Assembly: GCA_964558415.1 (NCBI GenBank)
Contig: CAZLDI010000016.1
Span: 538 to 64,537, forward strand
DNA: 64,000 nt
Source: an uncultured Dehalococcoidia bacterium
GTDB lineage: Bacteria > Chloroflexota > Dehalococcoidia > SM23-28-2 > RBG-16-64-32
Reading direction: 5' to 3'
Made by a program: the position numbers and the translations under genes. The notes beneath the pieces are model-generated. The model worked only from the letters and a program-made list of their open reading frames with translations, was not told the DNA's origin and made no database searches. Below, piece by piece: positions 25,404-34,617 of the stretch (positions are counted from its first letter, which is position 1; the number at the start of each line of letters is the position of its first letter).

Positions 25404-25606
25404 ATGGCTGGGCGGTAGCGCGGCCGCGGGATGGGCTTGCCGGCGGTACGGGCCGCATCGAGCCAGGCGGCCTTCGCCTGCTCTACTTCCGCCAGCGCTT
25501 GTTCAGGCGTGTCGCCGAAGGCTGAGCAGGAGTCGAGATCGGGGATGTCGGCGATGTAGCCGCCGTCGTCCTGGCTGTAGAAGATGTTTATGTGGTAGTC
25601 CTTCAT
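25385..25606 (-). CDS. hicB: HicB-family antitoxin
   Basis: 73 aa with an UPF0150/HicB-like N-terminal fold (MKDYHINIFYSQDDGGYIADIPDLDSCSAFGDTPEQALAEVEQA). Confidence 0.65.
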   Translation of the reverse strand: MKDYHINIFYSQDDGGYIADIPDLDSCSAFGDTPEQALAEVEQAKAAWLDAARTAGKPIPRPRYRPAIYQSAR

Positions 25607-25860
25607 GGCGCGTCTTCCATTGTTAGATTATACCGCTCGACTAGCCGCAGAAACTGGCGAATCTGGTACGGCTTAGCCTGTCCGCCTGTGTCCTGAAGGT
25701 TGATGAGCTCCGGAATGGCGGGATGGGCGAAGATGTGATGGCTTCCACTGGTCCTTATCAGGGTGAAGCCGAACGCCTCCACAAGATCGGTGAAGTCGCC
25801 GAAGCGGACGTTGCTTAGGGCGCCGCCGGTGAGTCGGCGCAGGAGCCGTCTGCGCCGCAA
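25603..25860 (-). CDS. hicA: HicA-family toxin (mRNA interferase)-like
   Basis: 85 aa with a GFTLIRTSGSHHIFAHP HicA-like motif. It overlaps hicB by 4 nt. Confidence 0.55.
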   Translation of the reverse strand: MRRRRLLRRLTGGALSNVRFGDFTDLVEAFGFTLIRTSGSHHIFAHPAIPELINLQDTGGQAKPYQIRQFLRLVERYNLTMEDAP

Positions 25861-25867
25861 GTCTTAG

Positions 25868-25967
25868 CCCTACTCCTCCGCGAAGTAGTCCGGGTCGAGG
25901 TCGCGGGTGGCGAGGGCGCGGTCGACGCAGGCGCGGGCGACCGCCCGGGCGACGGTGCGGTGGACCG
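25868..25967. repeat. direct repeat copy B: authentic 3' end of malic enzyme gene
   Basis: Same sequence as copy A. The two copies bracket an 824 bp MNT + HicAB cassette. Confidence 0.85.
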
Positions 25968-27234
25968 AGCGGTCCAGCGGGCTGGGCAGGAGCTGGCCAG
26001 CGGGGGTGACGGCGACGATCGCCTCGCTGGCGGACTGGAAGACCGCGGTCTCGGCGCGGCGCGCGCCGGCGTCGAGCAGGCCGCGGCAGGCTCCGGGGTA
26101 GCAGAGGAGGTTGTTGATGTTCGCGCCGCCCTCGGCGATGCGCGCGCCGGCGTCCATCGCTTCGCGGGCGTCGATCTCCGGCCTCGGGTTGGAGAGGGCG
26201 AAGATGATCTGACCGGCGCGCACCATCTCCGGCTTGATCAGGCCGGCCTGCCCCGTCGTCGCGATCACGATGTCGCACTTGCCGCAGATCTCCTCCAGGT
26301 CGGAGCCCGTGCCGCCGCCGGCCTCCAGGCGCTGGACGGCGTCGGGCTGCTTGTCGGCGCCGAGGACGGCGTGCCCGGTGTAGTGCATCACCGCGCGGGC
26401 GATGGCGAAACCGGCGGCGCCGAGGCCGACCTGGCCGATGCGCAGGCGGTTGGCGGGCGTCTCGACGAGCCGGCAGGCGTTGATCAGGGCGGCGAGGACG
26501 ACGGCGGCGGTGCCGTGCTGGTCGTCGTGGAAGACGGCCATGTCGACGGCGTCCTGAACGCGCGGCTCGATGTCGAAGCAGCGCGGCGAGGCGATGTCCT
26601 CGAGCTGGATCACGCCGAACGAGGGGGAGATAGCGGTGACCGCGGCGACGATCTCGTCCGAGTCCTGGCTGCGGAGGGCGATCGGAACCGCGTTCACGCC
26701 GACGAGGTGCGCGAGGAGCGCGGCCTTGCCCTCGAGCACGGGCATCGCCGCAAGGGGGCCGAGGTTGCCGAGGCCCAGCACCGCCGAGCCGTCGCTGACG
26801 ATAGCGACGGTGTTCGGGATGATCGTGTAGTGGTTGGCCAGCTCCGGGTCCTCGTGGATGCGGCGGCAGACCTCGCCGACGCCGGGGGTGTAGACGCGCC
26901 CGAGGTCGGCGAACGTCTCGATGGGGAGCTGCGAGACGATGCGGATCTTGCCGCCGACGTGCGCCGAGAGCACTTCGTCGCGCAGCTCAACGATCGTCGT
27001 CTCGTCCGACGCTTCCAGTTCAGCGACGAGCGCGTCGAGCTCGTCGAGCGACTCCACGAGGAGGTCGATGTCGCGCACCATGGACGTGCGGCTCTGGTGG
27101 ACCGTGCGGATGTCGCCGACGTTACCGCCGTGGCGGGCGATGACGCTGAGGACGGAGGCGAGGACGCCGATGCGGTTGACGTTCTTGACGCGCAGCGTGC
27201 GGGAGAACTGGGGCTTCTGGGGAGCGCGCGCCAT
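25870..27234 (-). CDS. NAD(P)-dependent malic enzyme with N-terminal ACT domain
   Basis: 454 aa with an N-terminal ACT domain, a malic enzyme core (VYTPGVG...) and a Rossmann fold. Confidence 0.9.
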   Translation of the reverse strand: MARAPQKPQFSRTLRVKNVNRIGVLASVLSVIARHGGNVGDIRTVHQSRTSMVRDIDLLVESLDELDALVAELEASDETTIVELRDEVLSAHVGGKIRIVSQLPIETFADLGRVYTPGVGEVCRRIHEDPELANHYTIIPNTVAIVSDGSAVLGLGNLGPLAAMPVLEGKAALLAHLVGVNAVPIALRSQDSDEIVAAVTAISPSFGVIQLEDIASPRCFDIEPRVQDAVDMAVFHDDQHGTAAVVLAALINACRLVETPANRLRIGQVGLGAAGFAIARAVMHYTGHAVLGADKQPDAVQRLEAGGGTGSDLEEICGKCDIVIATTGQAGLIKPEMVRAGQIIFALSNPRPEIDAREAMDAGARIAEGGANINNLLCYPGACRGLLDAGARRAETAVFQSASEAIVAVTPAGQLLPSPLDRSVHRTVARAVARACVDRALATRDLDPDYFAEE

Positions 27235-27338
27235 GGTGTTGTGCTTACGTCCGGGTTCGGCTGTGAATTACCCGCTATTCTACAGTGCGAGGCGCTTTAG
27301 GTTGTAGAGGCGGGTCCGAATGCGCGCGCGTCCCGGGG

Positions 27339-27629
27339 TCAGCCGGTGAGGACGCGGCGGGTGGCGTCGGCGTGCGTCGGGCGCTCCGGCTCCACGGCCG
27401 CTATGTGAGGGCGGATGGGGTCAGGCAGGTCTGGGAGAATTCGCGCGCGGTCGATAGGCCGCGTGCGGATGTGGCAGACGAGGCAACAGTAGTAGTCGCC
27501 CGAGAATTCGGAGCGCATCACGAGGTCGCCAAGGCAGAGCGGACAGACCTGCAGGGCGGTGGTCAGATCGTCCTTGCGGGGCCGCTGGGGGAAGTAACGC
27601 AAGCCACTCCTCCTGCTGAGTGCGGACAT
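27339..27629 (-). CDS. small Cys-rich hypothetical protein (possible zinc ribbon), doubtful
   Basis: 96 aa ORF containing CPLC...CCLVCH. Confidence 0.2.
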   Translation of the reverse strand: MSALSRRSGLRYFPQRPRKDDLTTALQVCPLCLGDLVMRSEFSGDYYCCLVCHIRTRPIDRARILPDLPDPIRPHIAAVEPERPTHADATRRVLTG

Positions 27630-27843
27630 ATCGCCGGCCGTGGGGCGCGGGGCGCCGACGATTCGCCGTTGTTTCCGGCGCCATCATTGAAGCACCGTTC
27701 AGCAGGGTTGTCAATGAGGGAGACGGAGGGAACTGTTAAGAACTCGGGGCGCTCTGTTTACGGCCAGATTTCGGGGGCCTTCGTGTTGCGCGCTCATGCG
27801 TCGCCGACTTATCCTTCAGCCGATTGACGAAATGGAGGCAGAC

Positions 27844-28767
27844 ATGAAGCTCGCCATATTCAGCGGCGGCACGAACGAGGTCGAGGGCCAGGTGCAGGCG
27901 GTTGTGGACGCGGAACGAGATGGCTTCGACGGTATCTGGTTCGGGCAGATCTTCGGTGCGGACGCGCTCACGGTACTGGCACTGGCGGGGCAACGCACCA
28001 GCCGGATCGAACTCGGTACGTCCATCGTACCCACGTACCCGCGGCACCCGCACATGCTGGCCCAGCAGGCGCTGACGGTGCAGGCGGCCTCGGGCGGGCG
28101 TTTCAATCTGGGGATCGGCCCCTCGCACGCGCCGGTGGTGGAGGGGATGTGGGGTATGTCTTACGAGAAACCGGCGGTACACATGCGGGAATACCTTTCG
28201 GTGCTCCTGCCGCTGGTCCGAGAGGGGCGCGTCAGCTTCAGCGGGGAGGTATTCCGAGTCAGCGCCTCGGTGTCCGTCCCGACGCCCAAGCCACTGCCGG
28301 TGCTGATCTCCGCCCTGGCGCCGGTCATGCTACGGCTGGCAGGGGAGATGGCGGACGGCACGATCACCTGGATGGCGGGCCCGCGGACGATCGAGTCGCA
28401 CATTGCGCCGCGGATCATGCGCGCCGCGGAGGGCGCAGGGCGTCAGAGGCCGCGCATCGTGGTGGGCCTGCCGGTGGCGGTCACCGATGACGTCGCCGGG
28501 GCGCGGGAGAAGGCGGCGCGTTCGTTCGCGGTGTACGGCACGCTGCCGAACTACCAGCGGGTGCTGGCGAAGGAGGGGGCAGGCGGTCCAGCGGATGTCG
28601 CCATCGTCGGGAACGAGGCGGAGGTCGAGACGCAGCTTCGGGGTCTCGCCGCTGCGGGCGCCACGGACTTCCTCGCCGGTGAGTTTCCTGTCGGGGACGA
28701 CGCGCGGACATCGCTGGCGCGAACACGAGCCTGCCTCAAAGAACTGGTCGGGAAGATAGTGCCTTGA
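27844..28767 (+). CDS. LLM-class (luciferase-like) F420-dependent oxidoreductase
   Basis: Start at ATG 27844 with GGAGG 6 nt upstream. Typical LLM TIM-barrel sequence MKLAIFSGG...GIWFGQIFG. Confidence 0.8.
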   Translation: MKLAIFSGGTNEVEGQVQAVVDAERDGFDGIWFGQIFGADALTVLALAGQRTSRIELGTSIVPTYPRHPHMLAQQALTVQAASGGRFNLGIGPSHAPVVEGMWGMSYEKPAVHMREYLSVLLPLVREGRVSFSGEVFRVSASVSVPTPKPLPVLISALAPVMLRLAGEMADGTITWMAGPRTIESHIAPRIMRAAEGAGRQRPRIVVGLPVAVTDDVAGAREKAARSFAVYGTLPNYQRVLAKEGAGGPADVAIVGNEAEVETQLRGLAAAGATDFLAGEFPVGDDARTSLARTRACLKELVGKIVP

Positions 28768-29711
28768 TCCCGGACGACCTGGCTGAGCTCCCCAAGGCCG
28801 AACTGCACGTCCACCTGGAGGGGACGGTGCGGCCGGCGACCCGGGAGGAGTTCGCGACCCGAACAGTGGTGAGCATCCCACGCGAGTTCACGGATCTGAA
28901 CAGCTTCGTCGACGTGTATGGCCGCATCTGGGCCACGATGACGCGGCCGGGCGATTACGCGCGCATGGTCCGCGAGTACTGCGAGGACGTCGCGCGCTCC
29001 GGCGTTCGTTACGCTGAGGTGCACGTGACAACGTCCGCGAGGCCGTTCCCATGCCTGGAGGAAGCGGTGGAGGCCGCAGCGAAGCAATCTGAGGTGGTTC
29101 TGCAGTTCATCGTGGACATACCACGGACGTTTCCCATGGAGGTAGGCTGGGCGCTGATGGAGGGTGCTAGAGGCGTGCCGAGAGTTGTCGGAATTGGGCT
29201 GGGCGGGTCAGAGAAGGGATACCCGCCGGAGCCGTTCGCGCCGCTGTTCGACGAGGCCCGCAGGCGCGGGCTGCGATCGATGCCACACGCTGGAGAGGAC
29301 GCCGGACCGGACTCCGTGCGCGGCGCGCTCGGAGCGCTGAAGGCAGAGCGGATCATGCACGGCGTGCGGGCCGTCGAGGACGCGGGGCTGGTGGCGGAGC
29401 TCGCGGCGCGCCGAGTCCCGTTGGCCGTGTGCCTGCATTCTAATGTTCGATTGGGAGTCGTGCGCTCGCTGGAGGAGCACCCGATCCGCCAGTTGTGGGA
29501 GGCGGGGGTCGTGGTATCCGTGAACACGGACGACCCGGGTTACTTCGGGTACGATATGGTGGACGAGTACGAGGCCGCGGGGCGGCTGCTGGGGCTGGAC
29601 CGCCCAGGCTACGGCCGGCTGGCTCTCAATTCGGTTGAGAGTTCGTTCGCGCCGGATGCCTTGAAGGAAGAGATGCGGAGGGGGATCGCGGAGTGGGTTG
29701 GCGCAGGTTAG
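28764..29711 (+). CDS. adenosine/adenine deaminase family protein
   Basis: HVHLEG metal-binding motif and SVNTDDP motif. Confidence 0.85.
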   Translation: MIPDDLAELPKAELHVHLEGTVRPATREEFATRTVVSIPREFTDLNSFVDVYGRIWATMTRPGDYARMVREYCEDVARSGVRYAEVHVTTSARPFPCLEEAVEAAAKQSEVVLQFIVDIPRTFPMEVGWALMEGARGVPRVVGIGLGGSEKGYPPEPFAPLFDEARRRGLRSMPHAGEDAGPDSVRGALGALKAERIMHGVRAVEDAGLVAELAARRVPLAVCLHSNVRLGVVRSLEEHPIRQLWEAGVVVSVNTDDPGYFGYDMVDEYEAAGRLLGLDRPGYGRLALNSVESSFAPDALKEEMRRGIAEWVGAG

Positions 29712-29715
29712 TCGA

Positions 29716-30108
29716 TCAAGACCAGAAGGCGTCGACGGCGTAGCGGTCGTCGACTAGAAACCAGGACTCGGCTATCTTCCCGCCGCTGATCCGGCACGTC
29801 CAAGCTTGTAGCGAGCCATCCAGCTTCTTGCCCTCCCGTTCGGCGTACATCCGGACGATCGCCGTCGCGTACTGGTCGCCCGCCATCACCTCCAGGACTT
29901 GAGGCCGCGCCGTTCCGCCTGCCAGCTCCCGGACGCGGCCGAAGAACGCGGCAACTTCCGCCGGCCCGGTGTAGTCTCGCGACAACAGGTTGCGGCCGGG
30001 GACGTGCCAGACCACATCGTCGCTCATGAGCGAGCGCATCGCGTCCGCGTCGGCTCGGGCCTGAGCGGCGAACCAATCTCGAAGCAACTGTTCGTTTGGA
30101 TGGGACAC
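29716..30108 (-). CDS. SnoaL/NTF2-like small protein
   Basis: 130 aa. Pattern is consistent with NTF2-like cone fold proteins. Confidence 0.55.
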   Translation of the reverse strand: MSHPNEQLLRDWFAAQARADADAMRSLMSDDVVWHVPGRNLLSRDYTGPAEVAAFFGRVRELAGGTARPQVLEVMAGDQYATAIVRMYAEREGKKLDGSLQAWTCRISGGKIAESWFLVDDRYAVDAFWS

Positions 30109-30219
30109 GGTATTGCCCTCCCACTATGACGCGCGCCGGTCGTGTCGATTATAAACCGAGCGCCCGCGCCGTCTAATCTATGCTAACCTGTTGGTCATAA
30201 CGCCTGAGGAGGAACAAGG

Positions 30220-31098
30220 ATGGGAAAGACGGCTCTTGTACTGGGCGGCGGCGGGGCGCTGGGGGTAGCCTGGGAGACCGGGGTGCTGGCGGGGTTACTG
30301 GAGGAGGGGATCGAAATCACCGGCGCCGACCTGATAGTCGGGACATCGGCCGGATCCCTGGTCGGCGCGCACGTGGGGTCGGGAAGGCCTCACTCCGAGC
30401 TGGTGGAACAGCAGGTCGCGCCGGACGACGGACGGGTGAACGCACTGATGGCGCAGGCTGAGCTGGCGACGACGATTTCGACGTTCGCGCGCTGGGCGGG
30501 CATCACCGAAGTAACGCCGCAGGTGCGCGCCGAGATCGGCCAGATGGCGCTAGGAGCGAAGACCGCCCCCGAAGAGCACTGGGTGAGCCACTTCCGTGAA
30601 CTCGTCGACTTCGACTGGTCCGAACGGCGCTTGGTGCTGACGGCAGTGGACGCCGGCAGCGGCGATTTCCAGCCGTGGGACAGGGACTCTGGCGTGCCGC
30701 TGCATCGTGCGGTGGCTTCTAGTTGCTCCGTGCCCGCGCTATTCCCGCCGGTCACCATCAACGGCCGCCGCTACACGGACGGCGGGGTCCGCTCCGGTAC
30801 CAACGCGGATCTCGCGAGCGGGTACGAGGCGGTTCTGATCGTCGCGCCCATCGGGGCGCGCGCTGACGGCATCGACCCCGTCCTCGGCAGCCAGGCCCGC
30901 AGCGAAGCCGAGGCGCTGAGGGCGGCAGGTAGTCGGGTGGAACTCGCCTTCCCGGACGCCGGTTCGCTGGACGCGATCGGCATCAATCGGATGGATGCCA
31001 CGCGCCGGGCGCAGACAGTGGAGGCGGGACGCGTACAGGGTAGGTCTCTGTCATCGCGACTCACCGAGAGCTGGGCGAAGGCCGCCGCCACGTCTTAG
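30220..31098 (+). CDS. patatin-like phospholipase
   Basis: GGGGALG oxyanion motif, GTSAG nucleophile elbow and a DGG catalytic Asp motif. Confidence 0.85.
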   Translation: MGKTALVLGGGGALGVAWETGVLAGLLEEGIEITGADLIVGTSAGSLVGAHVGSGRPHSELVEQQVAPDDGRVNALMAQAELATTISTFARWAGITEVTPQVRAEIGQMALGAKTAPEEHWVSHFRELVDFDWSERRLVLTAVDAGSGDFQPWDRDSGVPLHRAVASSCSVPALFPPVTINGRRYTDGGVRSGTNADLASGYEAVLIVAPIGARADGIDPVLGSQARSEAEALRAAGSRVELAFPDAGSLDAIGINRMDATRRAQTVEAGRVQGRSLSSRLTESWAKAAATS

Positions 31099-31162
31099 CG
31101 GTCCACGTCCCAACGGGAATTCGTGCCGGGCGCCGCCCGAGCCGCGCGCCCTGTGCTAGTCT

Positions 31163-32224
31163 TTGGTTCCAGTGATGGACACGAGCGCCCGCATGACCGA
31201 GGCCGCCGCCGCATTGCTGGACGGCCTCACACCGGACCAACGCGCGAAAGCCTCGTTCCTCTTCGATGTTGTCGAAGAGCGAACCAGCTGGGCGTACTTC
31301 CCGCGTAACCACGCAGGCCTCCCGTTGCTGGCGATGGACCCTAAGCAGCAGAAGCTGGCGCACGCGTTGATCGCAGGCGGCCTCAGCGTCCACGCCTACG
31401 CCAAAGCCACAGCAATCATGGCGCTGGAGAGCCTGCTGAACCTGCTGGAGGAACGCCGGCTCGATGTGGCGCGAGACCCCGGCCGCTACTTCATCAGCGT
31501 CTTCGGCGAGCCGGGGGCAGACCGCTGGGGATGGCGCCTGGAAGGCCACCACGTCTGCCTCAACTACACATTCGCTGGCGGGGAGCTCGTTTCCCCGACG
31601 CCGCTGTTCCTGGGCGCGAACCCTGCCGAGGTGCGCCACGGCGATACGCGTGTCATCAGACCCTGTGGAGAGGAGGAGGACGCCGCGTGGACGCTGATGG
31701 CGTCGCTGGACCGTGAGCAGCGGAGCGCGGCGGTGATCTGCGAAGTTGCGCCACCGGATTTCGTGCTGATGAACCTGCCGCGTGTGCCGGACGAGCAAAC
31801 GCCGGGCGGGGCGGGTGGCCTGGCGGTTATCCAGCAGCAGTTCGCCACGATGAACGCTCAGCATCGCGAGGCGCTGCGCTTCGAGCGAGCGCGGCCACGC
31901 GGGCTGGCGGCGACGGCGATGAGTACGCCTCAGCGCGCGCTGCTGTCCCAGCTGATCGATGTTTACGTCGAGCGGCTACCGGGCCCGCTGGCAGACATCG
32001 AGAAGGCGAAGATCCAACGGGCGGGCGGTGATGCGGTGCATTTCGCCTGGGCGGGCGAAGTCGAACGTCAGGGCCCACACTATTACCGGCTACAAGGGAC
32101 CTCGTTCCTAGTGGAGTACGACAACGTGCAGGACGAGGCAAACCACGTTCACGCTGTGTGGCGCGACCCGGCCAACGACTTCGGCGCGGACGTGCTCCGA
32201 GAGCACGTGAGGGGGGCGCACTAG
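31163..32224 (+). CDS. DUF3500-like protein
   Basis: 353 aa. The pattern resembles the DUF3500 family, recalled from memory. Confidence 0.45.
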   Translation: MVPVMDTSARMTEAAAALLDGLTPDQRAKASFLFDVVEERTSWAYFPRNHAGLPLLAMDPKQQKLAHALIAGGLSVHAYAKATAIMALESLLNLLEERRLDVARDPGRYFISVFGEPGADRWGWRLEGHHVCLNYTFAGGELVSPTPLFLGANPAEVRHGDTRVIRPCGEEEDAAWTLMASLDREQRSAAVICEVAPPDFVLMNLPRVPDEQTPGGAGGLAVIQQQFATMNAQHREALRFERARPRGLAATAMSTPQRALLSQLIDVYVERLPGPLADIEKAKIQRAGGDAVHFAWAGEVERQGPHYYRLQGTSFLVEYDNVQDEANHVHAVWRDPANDFGADVLREHVRGAH

Positions 32225-32233
32225 GCTAGGAGT

Positions 32234-32256
32234 CTGCGGGTTGAAACCCGCAGTTT
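32234..32256 (+). terminator. intrinsic terminator-like hairpin (8 bp stem ctgcgggt/acccgcag, UGAA loop, then UUU)
   Basis: Lies 10 nt after the stop of the DUF3500-like gene. Confidence 0.5.
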
Positions 32257-32435
32257 GGGCCGGGCGGCGGGCCCCGCCGAAGTCGGTGATCGCCCGGGCG
32301 GGAGATGGTCCGGGTCCGGGGCGTTCTCCGGGGCCTGGCGGGTGCATGGACGGGCCCCTCCGCTGCGGTCGGGGTGACAGTGACTCTCCGCGACGTGCTT
32401 GACGAATGAAATCCGTATGTCCTCTGTGCTAATCT

Positions 32436-32936
32436 GTGGCTCTGATGCCGGACTTTGACCCCGCCAGCCACCGGTTGCTGCCCAAAGGCCACACTTTCGA
32501 GGACTTCTTCCCGGGAAAGACGTTCGAACACCACTGGGGCCGCACCCTGAACGAGGGAGACAATTCGCTCTTCACGACCACCACGCTCACCTACAATCCG
32601 CTGTACTACAACGCCGAGTACGCGAAGGCTCACGGTCATCCAAGTGCGGTCGTAAACCCCTTTCTGGTGCTTTGCACCGTCGTCGGGCTTAGCGTGGAGG
32701 ACCTCAGTGAGGCAGGGGGGCCGTTCCTGGGGATCGATGAGCTGACGTTCCACCAGCCGGTGTATCCGGGCGACACTCTCACCGCGCGCAGCAGCGTCGT
32801 TTCGGCCCGTGACTCCGACTCGCGACCGTCCTTCGGCATCGTGACCTGGCATACGGAGGGCTTCAATCAGCGCGGGGAGCTTGTGATTGACTACAAGCGC
32901 TCTAACCTCGCCGCCAAGAGGCCAGGGTCAGCGTGA
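32436..32936 (+). CDS. MaoC-like (R)-hydratase / hotdog fold
   Basis: 166 aa with a MaoC dehydratase pattern. Confidence 0.8.
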   Translation: MALMPDFDPASHRLLPKGHTFEDFFPGKTFEHHWGRTLNEGDNSLFTTTTLTYNPLYYNAEYAKAHGHPSAVVNPFLVLCTVVGLSVEDLSEAGGPFLGIDELTFHQPVYPGDTLTARSSVVSARDSDSRPSFGIVTWHTEGFNQRGELVIDYKRSNLAAKRPGSA

Positions 32937-34132
32937 GCACTGCGAACCCATACCTCAGTGAGGAACGTCTGGCAATTCAGGACGCCGCGCGCCGCTTCTC
33001 GATGGAGGAAGTGCTGCCCCTCGCCAATGAGCTCGATCCGAAGAAGGCCGACATACCGGACGGATTCCTCGTCCGGATCGGCGAGATGGGCTACTTCGGC
33101 ATCATGATCTCCGGCGAGTGGGGGGGGATGGGGCACGGTGTGTTCGAGTACGCGCTGATCACGGAGGAGCTGGCACGGAGCTGGATGAGCGTCGCCAGCA
33201 TCATCGCCAGGGGCAATGGCATGGGCACAAACGTGCAGGACCCGGAGCGCCGAGCGGGGCTGCTGCGTCGCAGCGCGCGCGGTGACTGGATCGGCGCAGC
33301 CGCTCTATCGGAGCCGGGCGCGGGCTCGGACCTCGCGAACGTCCAGTGCCGCGCCGTACGTGAAGGTGATGAGTACGTCATCAGCGGGGAGAAGCGCTGG
33401 TGCGGGAACGCGCTGAACGCGGACTTCATCATGCTGCTCGCGCGCACGCAGGACGCTTCCGATTCCGGCCAGCGGTCGCGCGGGCTCGAAAGCCTGCTGA
33501 TAGAGAAGGAGCGCGGCATCTTCCCGAAGGGCCTGACCGGATCGCCGATCGATAAGATCGGCTACCACGGAATAACCACGTTCCACCTGGTCTTCGACGG
33601 TCTGCGCGTGCCGGCTGACAACCTGCTGGGCGCGCGCATGTATCAGGGTGGGCCGCAAGGCGGCCAGGGCCGTGCCTTCAACGCGACGATGCACGGCCTG
33701 AACGTCGCGCGCATCCACACCGCTGCGAGGGCGATCGGCCTCGCCCGGGGCGCACTGGAGGACTCGCTCGCCTACGCCCAGGAGCGCGTGCAGTTCGGGC
33801 AGGCGATCGCGATGTTCCAGGCGATCCGCTTCAAGCTGGCCGACATGGCGACACAGTTGGCCGCCGCCCGCGCGCTGATGTACGATGCGGCCCACCGCTG
33901 CGACGCCGGAGATCCGATCGAGATAGAAGCCGCGCAGGCGAAGCTCTTCGCTACGGAGATGGCCGAGCGCGTCACCAGCGAAGGTATTCAGGTACACGGC
34001 GGCAACGGCTACACGACCGAGCGCGCCGTCGAACGCTACTGGCGCGACGCCCGCCTGACGACGATCTTCGAGGGGACGTCGGAGATTCAGCGCAAGATCA
34101 TATCGGACCGCCTGATTGGACGGGGGCGATGA
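32933..34132 (+). CDS. acyl-CoA dehydrogenase (canonical catalytic Glu, TIFEGTSEIQR)
   Basis: 399 aa with the full ACAD N/M/C domain pattern. Confidence 0.9.
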   Translation: MSTANPYLSEERLAIQDAARRFSMEEVLPLANELDPKKADIPDGFLVRIGEMGYFGIMISGEWGGMGHGVFEYALITEELARSWMSVASIIARGNGMGTNVQDPERRAGLLRRSARGDWIGAAALSEPGAGSDLANVQCRAVREGDEYVISGEKRWCGNALNADFIMLLARTQDASDSGQRSRGLESLLIEKERGIFPKGLTGSPIDKIGYHGITTFHLVFDGLRVPADNLLGARMYQGGPQGGQGRAFNATMHGLNVARIHTAARAIGLARGALEDSLAYAQERVQFGQAIAMFQAIRFKLADMATQLAAARALMYDAAHRCDAGDPIEIEAAQAKLFATEMAERVTSEGIQVHGGNGYTTERAVERYWRDARLTTIFEGTSEIQRKIISDRLIGRGR

Positions 34133-34617
34133 GCCGACCCACAAGTGACGCCCTCACCGGGAGCGAGAACTACTTCGAGGACTTCAACCCCGGCGACCGA
34201 TTCCGCCACGCCCGGGGCACAACCGTGGGCGAGGTCGAGAACCAACTGCTGACGAAGCTGGTGATGAACACCGCTCAGGCCCACTTCAACGAACACGCGA
34301 TGCAGGGCGGGCCGTTCGGACGGCGACTCGTGTTTGGGCTGGTCACCGGCTCGATCGTGATGGGGCTTGCCACGCAGGACGTGGCCGAAAACGCGCTGGC
34401 GGAGCTCGCGCTCGACAAGCTGCGGTTCACGGCTCCCGTTTTCCACGGCGACACGCTCTACGCGTACAGCGAGGTGCTGTCGAAGGCGGACGGGGAGCGC
34501 GAAGACGCGGGTACCGTGCGCTTCAAACATTGGGGGGTCAACCAGGAAGGGAAGGTAGTGTTCGAGGGCGAAAGAACCGTGCTGCTGAAGCGCCGGAGCC
34601 ACTGGGAGAAGACGTGA
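34129..34617 (+). CDS. MaoC-family dehydratase (hotdog)
   Basis: 162 aa hotdog protein whose start overlaps the upstream stop. Confidence 0.8.
   Translation: MSRPTSDALTGSENYFEDFNPGDRFRHARGTTVGEVENQLLTKLVMNTAQAHFNEHAMQGGPFGRRLVFGLVTGSIVMGLATQDVAENALAELALDKLRFTAPVFHGDTLYAYSEVLSKADGEREDAGTVRFKHWGVNQEGKVVFEGERTVLLKRRSHWEKT

Noticed and set aside
25960-27300. 446-aa ORF antisense to the malic enzyme gene
   Set aside because: The malic enzyme call is unambiguous. The antisense frame is Asp/Gly/Arg-rich with no domain.
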